A stretch of DNA of 12,774 nt, taken from positions 1-12,774 of the forward strand of contig JBBIOM010000046.1 in the NCBI GenBank assembly GCA_037443365.1, written 5' to 3'. Below are positions 1 through 8,347 of this stretch, piece after piece. The position numbers and the translations under genes were made by a program. This stretch comes from Armatimonadota bacterium (GTDB lineage Bacteria > Sysuimicrobiota > Sysuimicrobiia > Sysuimicrobiales > Humicultoraceae). The notes under the pieces are model-generated. The model was given only the letters and a program-made list of their open reading frames with translations. It was not told the DNA's origin and did not search any database. Each line of letters opens with the position of its first letter. Position 1 is the first letter of the stretch.

Positions 1-900
1 AGGGCGATCCGCCGCATCCTGGGCGGCCAGCTCACGGAGGGCGAGCTGGCCGCGCTCCTGCTCCTGCCCTGCTTCCTGTTCCTGGCGACCTTCGCGGTCT
101 ATCCGATCTTCAACGCGCTGTGGACGAGCCTCCACACGCTGCGGCTGGACCAGCCTCACGTCGGGTTTCCCTTCGTGGGGCTGCGCAACTTCGGACGCGC
201 CTTCGGCGACGCCAACGCCTGGCACTCGATAGGCGTTACCCTGCGGTACACGGTCGTCACGGTCGCCGCGCAGTTCGCGCTCGGGCTGGCGATAGCGCTG
301 GTGATCAACAGGCTGGTGAGGGCGCGCGGCCTCGTGCGGGCGGCGGCCCTCCTGCCCTGGACCATGGCCCCGGTGCTGGCCGGCCAGATGTGGCGCTGGC
401 TGTTCAACGACCAGGCCGGCGTCATCAACGACCTGCTGCACCGCGCCGGGCTGGCGAGCCAGCAGATCATATGGCTGGGGAGCCCGGCCCTTGCGTTCTT
501 CGCAGTGACCGTGGCGGCGACGTGGGGCGCGGCATCGTACATGGCGCTGATCCTCCTGGCCGGCCTGCAGGGCATTCCCGAAGAGCTGTACGAGTCCGCC
601 AGCCTGGACGGCGCGTCCCCGTTCAGGGCCTTCCTCGCGGTCACCCTTCCGCTTCTGCGCAACGCCATCATGGTCTCGCTCGTGCTCAGGACGCTGGGCG
701 CGCTGCAGGCCCTCGACCTACCGTTTGCCATGACGGCCGGCGGGCCGGGCAACGCCACCGAGACGTTCGCGCTGTTCATCTACAAGAACACGTTCGAGTT
801 CCTCGACTTCGGCTACGGCGCCACGCTCTCGGTGATGCTCGTGGTGATTGCGCTCACGTTCGCCGGCACCTACTACAGGCTGCTGGCCTCGAGGGATTGA
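1..900 (+). CDS. Carbohydrate ABC transporter permease (MalF/UgpA-like), 5' end outside the window
   Basis: Frame is open from base 1 (RAIRRILGGQLTEGELAALLLLPCFLFLATFAVYPIF...FVGLRNF) to TGA at 898-900, so it extends upstream of the 175 start in the ORF track. Several hydrophobic helices and an EAA loop (LQGIPEELYESASLDGASPFRAF). C-terminal 'MTAGGPGNATET' and 'DFGYGA' are typical of CUT1 permeases. Confidence 0.95.
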   Translation, partial: RAIRRILGGQLTEGELAALLLLPCFLFLATFAVYPIFNALWTSLHTLRLDQPHVGFPFVGLRNFGRAFGDANAWHSIGVTLRYTVVTVAAQFALGLAIALVINRLVRARGLVRAAALLPWTMAPVLAGQMWRWLFNDQAGVINDLLHRAGLASQQIIWLGSPALAFFAVTVAATWGAASYMALILLAGLQGIPEELYESASLDGASPFRAFLAVTLPLLRNAIMVSLVLRTLGALQALDLPFAMTAGGPGNATETFALFIYKNTFEFLDFGYGATLSVMLVVIALTFAGTYYRLLASRD

Positions 901-904
901 GACG

Positions 905-1738
905 ATGGCCGGCCGCCGACCCCTTGCACGGATCGTCCTGGCGCTCCTGGTCACCCTCGTGGTGGTTTGGTCGCTTGCTCCCTATGTCTGGACCGTCTTC
1001 ACCTCGCTCAAGACCGAGAGGGAGCTCTACCAGTTTCCCGTCACCTACTGGCCCAAGGCGCCCACACTGATCAACTATGTCAACGTCTTCGCCCAGAACC
1101 CGTTCGGGAGGTTCCTGCTCAACAGCGTCATCGTCACCCTCTCGTCGACAGCGCTGTGCCTCTTCATCGCCTCGCTCGCGGCGTACGCCTTCGCGCGCCT
1201 GCGCTTCAAGGGCCGCGAGGTGCTGCTCGTGGGCCTGCTCGTGGTGGCGATGATCCCGCTGATCACCGTCATCGTCCCCCTCTACATCCTGGTGCGCGGC
1301 CTGGGCCTTCTGAACAGCTACGCGGGGTTGATAGCCCCGTACGTCACCTACTCGCTGCCGGTAGCGATCTTCATCCTGACCGCGTTCTTCCGTGAGATCC
1401 CCCGCGAGCTCGAGGAGGCCGCGCTGATCGACGGCTGCACCCGGCTCAACGCCCTCTGGCGGATCATCGCGCCGCTCTCGGCCCCGGGGCTCATCACGGC
1501 AGGGATCATCGTCTTCGTCTATACTTGGAACGAGTTCCTGGTGGCCCTCACGCTGACGAGCACCAACGCCGCGCGGACGATCACGGTGGGGATCGCGCTG
1601 TACCGCGGGGAGTTCGCCTTTCCCTGGGGCGTGATCACGGCGGCCGTGACGCTGGCGACGATACCGATCATGGTGCTGATACTTCTCGGGCAGCGGCTGG
1701 TGATCAAGGGGCTGACCGCGGGGGCGATCAAGGGATGA
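905..1738 (+). CDS. Carbohydrate ABC transporter permease (MalG/UgpE-like)
   Basis: ATG at 905 lies 4 nt after the previous stop, with GAGGG at 891-895. Contains 'TSLK', 'FLLNS', an EAA loop (EIPRELEEAALIDGC), 'WNEF' and C-terminal 'GLTAGAIKG'. Confidence 0.95.
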   Translation: MAGRRPLARIVLALLVTLVVVWSLAPYVWTVFTSLKTERELYQFPVTYWPKAPTLINYVNVFAQNPFGRFLLNSVIVTLSSTALCLFIASLAAYAFARLRFKGREVLLVGLLVVAMIPLITVIVPLYILVRGLGLLNSYAGLIAPYVTYSLPVAIFILTAFFREIPRELEEAALIDGCTRLNALWRIIAPLSAPGLITAGIIVFVYTWNEFLVALTLTSTNAARTITVGIALYRGEFAFPWGVITAAVTLATIPIMVLILLGQRLVIKGLTAGAIKG

Positions 1739-3123
1739 ACTCCGTCGTCGGCGCGATTCGAGTGGGCCTGGTGCCGCTGGTCCGTCCGCTGTTCCGCGGC
1801 GCCAGGATGGGGCTGGCCGAAGCCAGCCTCGAGGCGCTGAAGGGGCTTGAGGCACTGCTCGGGTTCAGCCTGACCTACGTCTCTCCCCCGGTTGGCGAAC
1901 TCGAGGAGGCGCTCAGGCGGACCGCCGAGGTCAGGGATCTACACGAGAGCGGATCCCTGGACCTCCTGCTCGTGGAGCACGTGACCTTCTCGTCCGGCGA
2001 CGTCATCGCCCCCTTCCTGGACCTCCCGATGCCGCTCGGACTCTGGGCCCTGCCCGAGGCGACGACCCAGGGCCCGCTGCCCCAGAACGCCCTGTGCGGG
2101 CTGAACCACGGCCTCAGCCTGCCCACGGCGCGCACAATCCCGGTGAAGTGGCTCTACGGCAACGCGGAAGACAGCCAGTTCCAGGCCAGGCTTGGGCTGA
2201 CCCTGCAGGCGCTGCGGGGGCGGCGGGCCCTGTGCACCGGCCGTGTATTGTGGGTCGGCGGCACGGCACCTGGCTTCTCGCGGCTGGAGGCTTTCCCGGA
2301 CCTGCCGCTGCGCGTGGACCGGGTTTCCCTGGGCGAGCTCTTCCGGGCGGTCGGTGCGATCGGTGAGGATGAGGTGAGCGAGGCCCTGGCCGCGCTCGAT
2401 GAGCCGCGCGGCCTCGAACTGGAGGCCCTCCGCCAGACGGTGAGGCTCGAGCTTGCGATCGAGCGCCTGGCGGCCGGGTACGATGGGGTTGCGCTGCGCT
2501 GCTGGCCCGAGGTTCCCGACCGCATGGGTGCGATGGCCTGCGCGGCGTTCGCCCGTCTCTCCGACCGCGGGCTCGCGCTCGCCTGCGAGGGCGATGCCGC
2601 GGCCGTGGCCTCGATGATCGCCGTCGCGGCGGTGAGCGGCGCGCCGGCCATCACCCTGGACCTGTCGCACGCGGCAGAGGACGGGCTGCTCTTCTGGCAT
2701 TGTGGAAACGCGGCCCGCGCCTGGGCGCGGGCAGGTGAGACACGCCTCTCCCCCCACTTCAACCGGGGCCTGCCCGCGGTGCGCGACATGCGGTTGGAGC
2801 CGGGGCCCGTGGGCGGCCTGAGGTTTCTCGAGGGGCGTAGGGCCGTGGTCTACGGCGGCGCGGTCACCGGGCGCGCTGATGCCTACGATGGCGTGTCCGG
2901 ATGGATCGGAGGGCTGCGTTGGGCAGGGCAGGAACTGCCCCCGGTGGAGTTCCTGGCCAGCGTGCTCAACCACAGGCTTCCCCACCACCTGGTATGGGGG
3001 CGCGGCGAGATCGAGGCGGCCCTGATCGAGATGTGCGCCTGGATAGGGTGCAGGGTTCTGCCTCCCGATCCGGAGACGCTCCTGCTGAGATGGCGCGGTC
3101 TTGAGGGCGCAGATGAGCGCTGA
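1735..3123 (+). CDS. L-fucose/L-arabinose isomerase-like sugar isomerase (FucI/AraA superfamily), substrate unknown
   Basis: ATGA overlap with the permease stop (1735-1738); 462 aa. Motifs 'LWALPE', 'NALCG', 'ALRCWPE', 'ACEGD', 'FWHCG' and C-terminal 'HH' match FucI-related isomerases, where E/D and H are the putative metal ligands. Confidence 0.8.
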   Translation: MNSVVGAIRVGLVPLVRPLFRGARMGLAEASLEALKGLEALLGFSLTYVSPPVGELEEALRRTAEVRDLHESGSLDLLLVEHVTFSSGDVIAPFLDLPMPLGLWALPEATTQGPLPQNALCGLNHGLSLPTARTIPVKWLYGNAEDSQFQARLGLTLQALRGRRALCTGRVLWVGGTAPGFSRLEAFPDLPLRVDRVSLGELFRAVGAIGEDEVSEALAALDEPRGLELEALRQTVRLELAIERLAAGYDGVALRCWPEVPDRMGAMACAAFARLSDRGLALACEGDAAAVASMIAVAAVSGAPAITLDLSHAAEDGLLFWHCGNAARAWARAGETRLSPHFNRGLPAVRDMRLEPGPVGGLRFLEGRRAVVYGGAVTGRADAYDGVSGWIGGLRWAGQELPPVEFLASVLNHRLPHHLVWGRGEIEAALIEMCAWIGCRVLPPDPETLLLRWRGLEGADER

Positions 3124-5314
3124 CCTGGGAAGGATGCGCCGGCTGGGGCTGCGCTGGCTGCGGTCGAGAGCCGATCGCGAGGCGGTCTTCGACCTTGACT
3201 GGGGTACGCTCACTGTGGCGGCCTACGCGCCTGGGGTGCTGCGGCTGCGCTTCGAAGGGCCGGCGACCGATGCCCCGCCGCGCCACGACTACGACCTGAT
3301 CGCCGCGCCGCCCGGTGGCGAGGCGTGGGATCTGGTTGAGAAGGACGGCCTCTACCGGTTCGAGAGCGGCGGCCTCTGCCTGGATATCAGCAGGAACCCG
3401 TTTGGGCTTCGACTGATTCGAGACGGCAGGGCTCTGCTGGAGACCACCTGTGACGGGCACATCAGCGGCGGGCTGCGCATCCCCTCCTTGGCGATCTACG
3501 AGCGTTCTGGGGAAGGCGCCTGGTGGATCGCGTTCGGTCTGCGCAGCGGCGAGGCGGTCTACGGGCTCGGCGAGAAGTTCGGGCGTCTGGACCGCCGTGG
3601 ACAGCTGGTCATCTCGTGGAACGAGGACGCGCTCGGCGTCAACAGCGAGCCCTCCTACAAGAACGTCCCGTTCGCGTGGAGCACCGAGGGCTGGGGGCTG
3701 TTCGTTCACACGACCGCGCGCGTATCTCACGGCGTCGGCTATCCGCAGTGGTCGGCGCGGAGCTATGCGCTGCGGGTCGAGGAGCCGGTGCTCGACCTGT
3801 TCCTGCTGGTGGGCGACTCCCCTGGCGCGCTGCTGGAGCGCTACACGCACCTTACTGGCCGCACGCCCCTTCTGCCCCGCTGGAGCTACGGCGTCTGGAT
3901 GTCACGCTGCTACTACGCCACCGCGGACGAAGCCCTCGCGGCCGCGCGTGGGCTGCGCGAGCGGAGCATCCCCTGCGATGTCATCACCCTCGACGGCCGC
4001 GCGTGGCTGAAGGTGGAGACGAGGTTCGGGTTCGAGTGGGATCGGGACCGCTACCCGGATCCCCGCGGCTTTGCCCGGATGCTGAGGGATTTGGACTTCC
4101 GCCTCTGCGTCTGGGAGTACCCATATATCTCGGTCCACAATCCGCTGTTCGCCGAGCTTGCCGGGAAGGGGTACCTGCTGCGCACGCCCTCGGGAGGGCC
4201 CTACATCTACCAGTGGGATCCAGGCCCCTTCGGCGTGATCCTGACGCCGCTGCCTCCCAGCGGGATCGTCGACTTCACCAACCCGGAGGCGTATGCCTGG
4301 TTCCGCGACGCGCACCGCCCCCTCTTCGAGGCAGGGGTGGACGTCATCAAGAGCGACTTCGGCGAGCAGGTCCCGCCCGAGGCGCTTGCGGCCAGCGGCG
4401 ACGATGGTAGGCGCCTGCACAACGTCTACCCGCTGCTGTTCAACCGGTGCGTCTACGAGGCCACGGCGCGCCACTCGCACGGGGGCGCGATCGTCTGGGG
4501 CCGGTCAGGGTGGACCGGAAGCCAGAGGTATCCCATACAGTGGGGTGGCGACCCGCAGGCCGACTGGGAGGGACTGGCCGCCAGCATCCGCGGCGGGCTG
4601 TCGTGGTGCATGAGCGGCGCGGCGTTCTACGCCCACGACATAGGCGGCTTCTACCACCTCAAGCCCGGGATGATGCCCGACGCGGAGCTCTACGTACGCT
4701 GGGCGCAGGCCGGCGTGATGTCTTCCCACACCCGCTTCCACGGCACCAGCCCCCGCGAGCCGTGGTACTACGGCGACGAGGCCGAGGAGATAGTTCGCCG
4801 CTGGCTGCTGTGGCGCTACCGCCTGATCCCCTACTTGGAAGCCGCGGCCTACGAGGCGCACAGGACCGGGATGCCGGTGATGCGCGCGATGCCGCTGGCT
4901 TTCCCCGGCGACTTAGCGGCCCAGGCCTTCGAGCATCAGTACATGCTGGGGCCGGCCCTGCTGGTGGCGCCGGTACTGGGGCCCGGCGGAGGGGTGCAGG
5001 TCTACCTGCCGGCAGGCGGGTGGTACGACGTCGAGTCGGGTGAGCGGCAGGAAGGGCCGCGCGTGCTCGATCTCAAGATGCCGCTCGACCGGATCCCTAT
5101 CTACGGCAGAGAGGGGCAGGTGCTGCCGCTGGGACCTGCCGTGCGGCATACCGGAGAGCTCGAAATGGGCACGCACCTAGAGGAGATGTGGGTCTTTGGC
5201 GATCCCTGGTGCTCCGTGGAGTGGCCCGATCTGGCAATCGGCGCCGACGACATGAGGCAGGGCCGCCTTCCGGCCGGACTGAAGCTGCGCCGCCTGGGCG
5301 TATCCAGCGCCTGA
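3113..5314 (+). CDS. Glycoside hydrolase family 31, alpha-xylosidase YicI-like
   Basis: ATG at 3113 with GAGGG at 3103-3107, overlapping the upstream gene by 11 nt; 733 aa. Motifs 'VYGLGEKF', 'SYKNVPF', 'VDFTNPEA', nucleophile motif 'KSDFGE' (YicI has KTDFGE), acid/base 'WGGD', 'HDIGGF', 'RFHG...REPW'. No signal peptide. Confidence 0.92.
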   Translation: MSADLGRMRRLGLRWLRSRADREAVFDLDWGTLTVAAYAPGVLRLRFEGPATDAPPRHDYDLIAAPPGGEAWDLVEKDGLYRFESGGLCLDISRNPFGLRLIRDGRALLETTCDGHISGGLRIPSLAIYERSGEGAWWIAFGLRSGEAVYGLGEKFGRLDRRGQLVISWNEDALGVNSEPSYKNVPFAWSTEGWGLFVHTTARVSHGVGYPQWSARSYALRVEEPVLDLFLLVGDSPGALLERYTHLTGRTPLLPRWSYGVWMSRCYYATADEALAAARGLRERSIPCDVITLDGRAWLKVETRFGFEWDRDRYPDPRGFARMLRDLDFRLCVWEYPYISVHNPLFAELAGKGYLLRTPSGGPYIYQWDPGPFGVILTPLPPSGIVDFTNPEAYAWFRDAHRPLFEAGVDVIKSDFGEQVPPEALAASGDDGRRLHNVYPLLFNRCVYEATARHSHGGAIVWGRSGWTGSQRYPIQWGGDPQADWEGLAASIRGGLSWCMSGAAFYAHDIGGFYHLKPGMMPDAELYVRWAQAGVMSSHTRFHGTSPREPWYYGDEAEEIVRRWLLWRYRLIPYLEAAAYEAHRTGMPVMRAMPLAFPGDLAAQAFEHQYMLGPALLVAPVLGPGGGVQVYLPAGGWYDVESGERQEGPRVLDLKMPLDRIPIYGREGQVLPLGPAVRHTGELEMGTHLEEMWVFGDPWCSVEWPDLAIGADDMRQGRLPAGLKLRRLGVSSA

Positions 5315-5336
5315 CCCAGAGACAGCCCTGACGCCA

Positions 5337-5363
5337 GCAGGAAGGCACGCCCGGCGGGCGAAG
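5337..5363 (+). promoter_or_regulatory. Putative sigma-H-like promoter (GCAGGA-N17-GAAG) for the LysM-NlpC/P60-murT-gatD-MFS block
   Basis: GCAGGA at 5337-5342, 17-nt spacer, GAAG at 5360-5363, in the 99-bp intergenic gap. Resembles the Bacillus sigma-H consensus (AGGA...GAAT). The same arrangement occurs upstream of the minus-strand operon. Confidence 0.4.
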
Positions 5364-5402
5364 GAAGGCAGGGCTCTATCGAACTGGCCGCAGCCGGCCC
5401 AC

Positions 5403-5408
5403 AGGAGG
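5403..5408 (+). promoter_or_regulatory. Shine-Dalgarno sequence AGGAGG
   Basis: Perfect AGGAGG 5 nt upstream of GTG at 5414. Confidence 0.85.
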
Positions 5409-5413
5409 CGCGA

Positions 5414-6130
5414 GTGCGCTGCGTTCGGGCGGCCATATGGGCCGCCGCCGTGATCTTGATGGCAACCGCAGTAGCCCCGGCCGAGGCGCAGGGCGCGCGC
5501 CCTGTCCCGCAGCGCCCTGCCGCGCCGGCACCCGCAGTTGCCTACTACCGCATCCAGGCAGGCGACACCCTCTGGGCCCTGGCCCGTCGCCACCGCACGA
5601 CCCCCGAGCGCTTGGCGGCCATGAACGGCATCGCGCTCTCCTCCACGCTCCAGATCGGGCAGCGGCTGAAGGTCCCGGTAATCCCTGCCGCCCAGGCCTC
5701 CCCGGTGAAGGCCGGCGCGACCGGGCGGCCTGCGCGTGAGGGCGTGCTGCCCTCGCGCGGGCAGAAGTGGGCCCTCGCGCTGACCGGACTTGCCACGCGC
5801 TACGTGGGCGTCCGGTACCGGTGGGGAGGCAGCAGTCCGGCGGGCTTCGACTGCTCGGGGTTCCTGTACTACCTGTACGCACGGAACGGGGTCGCGCTGC
5901 CGCGCACGACGTTTGCGATGTTCCACTCAGGGGTGCCGGTGCCGCGCGAAGCGCTCCAGCCCGGCGACATCGTGTTCTTCCAGACGCTTCGGCCCGGTCC
6001 GTCGCACGCCGGGATCTACCTGGGCGACGAGCGGTTCGTGCATTCCTCCTCGGGATATGGGCGAGTGACCATCACGCCGATGAGGCACCGCTACTACGGC
6101 CCGCGCTACCTGGGTGCCCGCCGCTTCTAG
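5414..6130 (+). CDS. Secreted LysM + NlpC/P60 (C40) peptidoglycan endopeptidase
   Basis: Signal peptide ending in A-E-A, Pro/Ala linker, one LysM domain (YRIQAGDTLWALARRH...LAAMNG...LQIGQRLKVP), and an NlpC/P60 domain with 'YRWGG...GFDCSG' (catalytic Cys), 'HAGIYLG' and 'FVHSS'. Confidence 0.95.
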   Translation: MRCVRAAIWAAAVILMATAVAPAEAQGARPVPQRPAAPAPAVAYYRIQAGDTLWALARRHRTTPERLAAMNGIALSSTLQIGQRLKVPVIPAAQASPVKAGATGRPAREGVLPSRGQKWALALTGLATRYVGVRYRWGGSSPAGFDCSGFLYYLYARNGVALPRTTFAMFHSGVPVPREALQPGDIVFFQTLRPGPSHAGIYLGDERFVHSSSGYGRVTITPMRHRYYGPRYLGARRF

Positions 6131-6156
6131 CCCGACGGACGCGGGTATGGGGCCGC

Positions 6157-7542
6157 ATGCGTGAGACCGCGGCGATCACCGCCGCACGACTCGTTGCATC
6201 GCTGTGCCGCCTGACGCGGCTCGGGGGAGGGACCACCCTGCCCGGCCGCGTCGCCGCGATGCTGTGGCCTGGCCTGATTCCAGGGTTATCGGCGCGCCTC
6301 GCAGGCGGTGTGGTCCTGATCTCGGGCACCAACGGCAAGACGACCACCGCCCGGTCCCTGGCCGGGATCCTGGATGCCGCCGGGATCTCCGTTGTGCACA
6401 ACCGCGCCGGCGCCAACCTGCTCTCGGGCATCGCCACGGCACTGGCCGCGCACGCGTCGCGCCGCGGCCAGACGCGCGCCGATGTCGGGCTCTTCGAGGT
6501 AGACGAGGCGACCCTCCCTGCCGCGGTCGAGGCGACCCGGCCCCGCGTCGTGGTTCTGCTCAATCTCTTCCGGGACCAGCTCGACAGGTACGGCGAGATA
6601 GACCTCGTCGCCGAACGCTGGCGGCACGCGTTGGCAGCGCTTCCGCCCGAGTCCGCCCTTGCCTACAACGCCGACGACCCCATGGTGGCCGACCTGTGCC
6701 GGGCGCGCGAGGGCAGGGTTCTGGCGTTTGGCCTGGAGGATGTTCCGCGCAGCGATACCCGAACCCTCGAGCACGCCGCCGACGCGCGCTACTGCTACCG
6801 GTGCGGGCGTCCCTACGAGTACTCCCTGATCACGCTGGGGCACATGGGGCACTACCGCTGCCCGGGGTGCGGCGCGGCCCGGACGGCGCCCCAGGTGCGT
6901 GCGCGAGAGGTGCGCCTCCACGGCGCAGACGGCGGTGCCGCCGCGATTGTCCACGACGGCGCACAGATCCCGGTTGCCACCGTGCTGCCCGGGCTCTACA
7001 ACATCTACGACGTCACGGCGGCTGCTGCCGCAGGACTTGCGCTTGGGATAGCCCCGGAGGCCGTGGCGCGCGGCATAGCCGCCACGGCGCCCGCCTTCGG
7101 GAGGGGCGAGCGCGTCGGCCTGGAAGGACGCGACGCGCTCATGTTGCTGGCCAAGAACCCGGCCGGGTTCAACGAGGTCCTGCGCACGGTCCTGCTGGCG
7201 GAGGCGGCCCCTGTAGTGCTTATCGCCATCAACGACCTGATCGCCGACGGAAGGGACATCTCGTGGCTGTGGGACGTGGACTTCGAGATGCTGGCGGAGC
7301 GCGCCCGCGCAGTGGTGACGACCGGGCTGCGGGCCGAGGACATGGCGCTGCGCCTAAAGTACGCGGGACTGGAAACCGGGCGGATGAGCGTGGAGAGAGA
7401 TGGAGAGCGGGCGCTTGCGGCCGCGCGCCAACTCCTGCGCGAGGGCGAGCGACTCTACATCCTGCCCACCTACACGGCTATGCTGCACCTGAGGGAGATA
7501 CTGGCGCGGCGGGGAGCCGTGCGCGGGTTCTGGAAGGACTAG
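6157..7542 (+). CDS. murT: Lipid II isoglutaminyl synthase subunit MurT (Mur ligase + DUF1727)
   Basis: ATG at 6157 (the longer ORF would overlap the upstream gene); 461 aa. 'GGGTTLPG', P-loop 'GTNGKTTT', 'GANL', 'EVDE', 'NLFRDQLDRYGE', 'NADDP', four-Cys zinc ribbon (CYRC...CPGC), 'LAKNPAG', 'DGRDISWLWD', 'PTYTAML'. Adjacent to gatD. Confidence 0.93.
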   Translation: MRETAAITAARLVASLCRLTRLGGGTTLPGRVAAMLWPGLIPGLSARLAGGVVLISGTNGKTTTARSLAGILDAAGISVVHNRAGANLLSGIATALAAHASRRGQTRADVGLFEVDEATLPAAVEATRPRVVVLLNLFRDQLDRYGEIDLVAERWRHALAALPPESALAYNADDPMVADLCRAREGRVLAFGLEDVPRSDTRTLEHAADARYCYRCGRPYEYSLITLGHMGHYRCPGCGAARTAPQVRAREVRLHGADGGAAAIVHDGAQIPVATVLPGLYNIYDVTAAAAAGLALGIAPEAVARGIAATAPAFGRGERVGLEGRDALMLLAKNPAGFNEVLRTVLLAEAAPVVLIAINDLIADGRDISWLWDVDFEMLAERARAVVTTGLRAEDMALRLKYAGLETGRMSVERDGERALAAARQLLREGERLYILPTYTAMLHLREILARRGAVRGFWKD

Positions 7543-7567
7543 GATGCCTCCGTCGGTGGGAGCGGTG

Positions 7568-8347
7568 ATGGAGCTTCGCATATGCCATCTCTACCCTGAC
7601 CTGCTGAACCTCTACGGAGACCGGGGTAACGTAATGACGCTGATCAGACGCGCGCAGTGGCGCGGCATCAGGGCCCTCGTGCTGGAGGCGCGTCTGGGCG
7701 ACCCGGTGGACCCCCGGGCCGGCGACCTCTTCTTCATCGGCGGCGGTGAAGACCGCCAGCAGCGCCTGGCCGCGCCCGACCTGCGCGAGGTGAAGGGGAC
7801 GGCGCTGCGCGAGGCAGCGCAGGATGGCGCGGCGATCCTGGCGGTCTGCGGCGGCTACCAGCTCCTGGGGCGCTACTACAGGCCCGCGGAGGGCCCGGAC
7901 CTGGAGGGGCTGGGGCTGCTCGACCTGCACACCGTGCACCCGGGGCCCGGAGCCCGCAGGCTGATCGGCAATATCGTCGTCAGGGAGAGCGGCACCGGGC
8001 GCATCCTCGTGGGTTTTGAGAACCACGGAGGCCGGACCTACCTGGGGCCGGGCGCGCGCCCGATCGGAACCGCGGTCGTGGGGTTTGGCAACAACGGCCA
8101 GGACCGCGGCGAGGGCGCGGTCTGGCGCTCTGTCTACGGGACATACCTGCACGGTCCGCTGCTGCCCAAGAACCCGTGGCTGGCCGACGAGCTGATCGCA
8201 TCGGCGCTTCGTCGCCGGTACGGCCAGGTCGAGCTGGCACCGCTCCCGGATGTCGAGGAGCACGCCGCAGCGGTCGCCGCGGCAGCGCGCGCCGGCGCCC
8301 GCGGTCTTACATGGCCCGGCACGCGGAATCCGGAGGCGGCGGCGTGA
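7568..8347 (+). CDS. gatD: Lipid II isoglutaminyl synthase glutaminase subunit GatD (CobQ-like type 1 glutamine amidotransferase)
   Basis: Probable start ATG at 7568 with GGGAG at 7558-7562 (alternatives at 7544 and 7565). 'HLYPDLLNLYGDRGN', 'GGGED', 'AVCGGYQLLG' (catalytic Cys), 'GFENHGG', 'GTYLHGPLLPKNP' (catalytic His). Confidence 0.93.
   Translation: MELRICHLYPDLLNLYGDRGNVMTLIRRAQWRGIRALVLEARLGDPVDPRAGDLFFIGGGEDRQQRLAAPDLREVKGTALREAAQDGAAILAVCGGYQLLGRYYRPAEGPDLEGLGLLDLHTVHPGPGARRLIGNIVVRESGTGRILVGFENHGGRTYLGPGARPIGTAVVGFGNNGQDRGEGAVWRSVYGTYLHGPLLPKNPWLADELIASALRRRYGQVELAPLPDVEEHAAAVAAAARAGARGLTWPGTRNPEAAA

Noticed and set aside
5315-5413. Possible c-di-AMP (ydaO) riboswitch, common upstream of LysM/NlpC-P60 genes
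   Set aside because: The region is only 99 nt and I could not find the conserved ydaO segments (GCUGAAUC, GGGGAACC, CAGCUAAC).
5767-6156. 130-aa N-terminal extension of MurT in the ORF track
   Set aside because: It overlaps the NlpC/P60 domain in another frame, and MurT-like sequence begins at ATG 6157.
120-7568. Other long alternate-frame or antisense ORFs (e.g. 120-1070, 854-1855, 1939-3213, 2966-3850, 6204-7568)
   Set aside because: All overlap genes with clear family motifs and have the low-information composition expected from stop-codon scarcity at high GC.
7568-8347. Annotation as cobyric acid synthase CobQ (cobalamin synthesis)
   Set aside because: Only the glutaminase domain is present, it sits next to murT, and no cob genes are nearby. 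GatD fits better.
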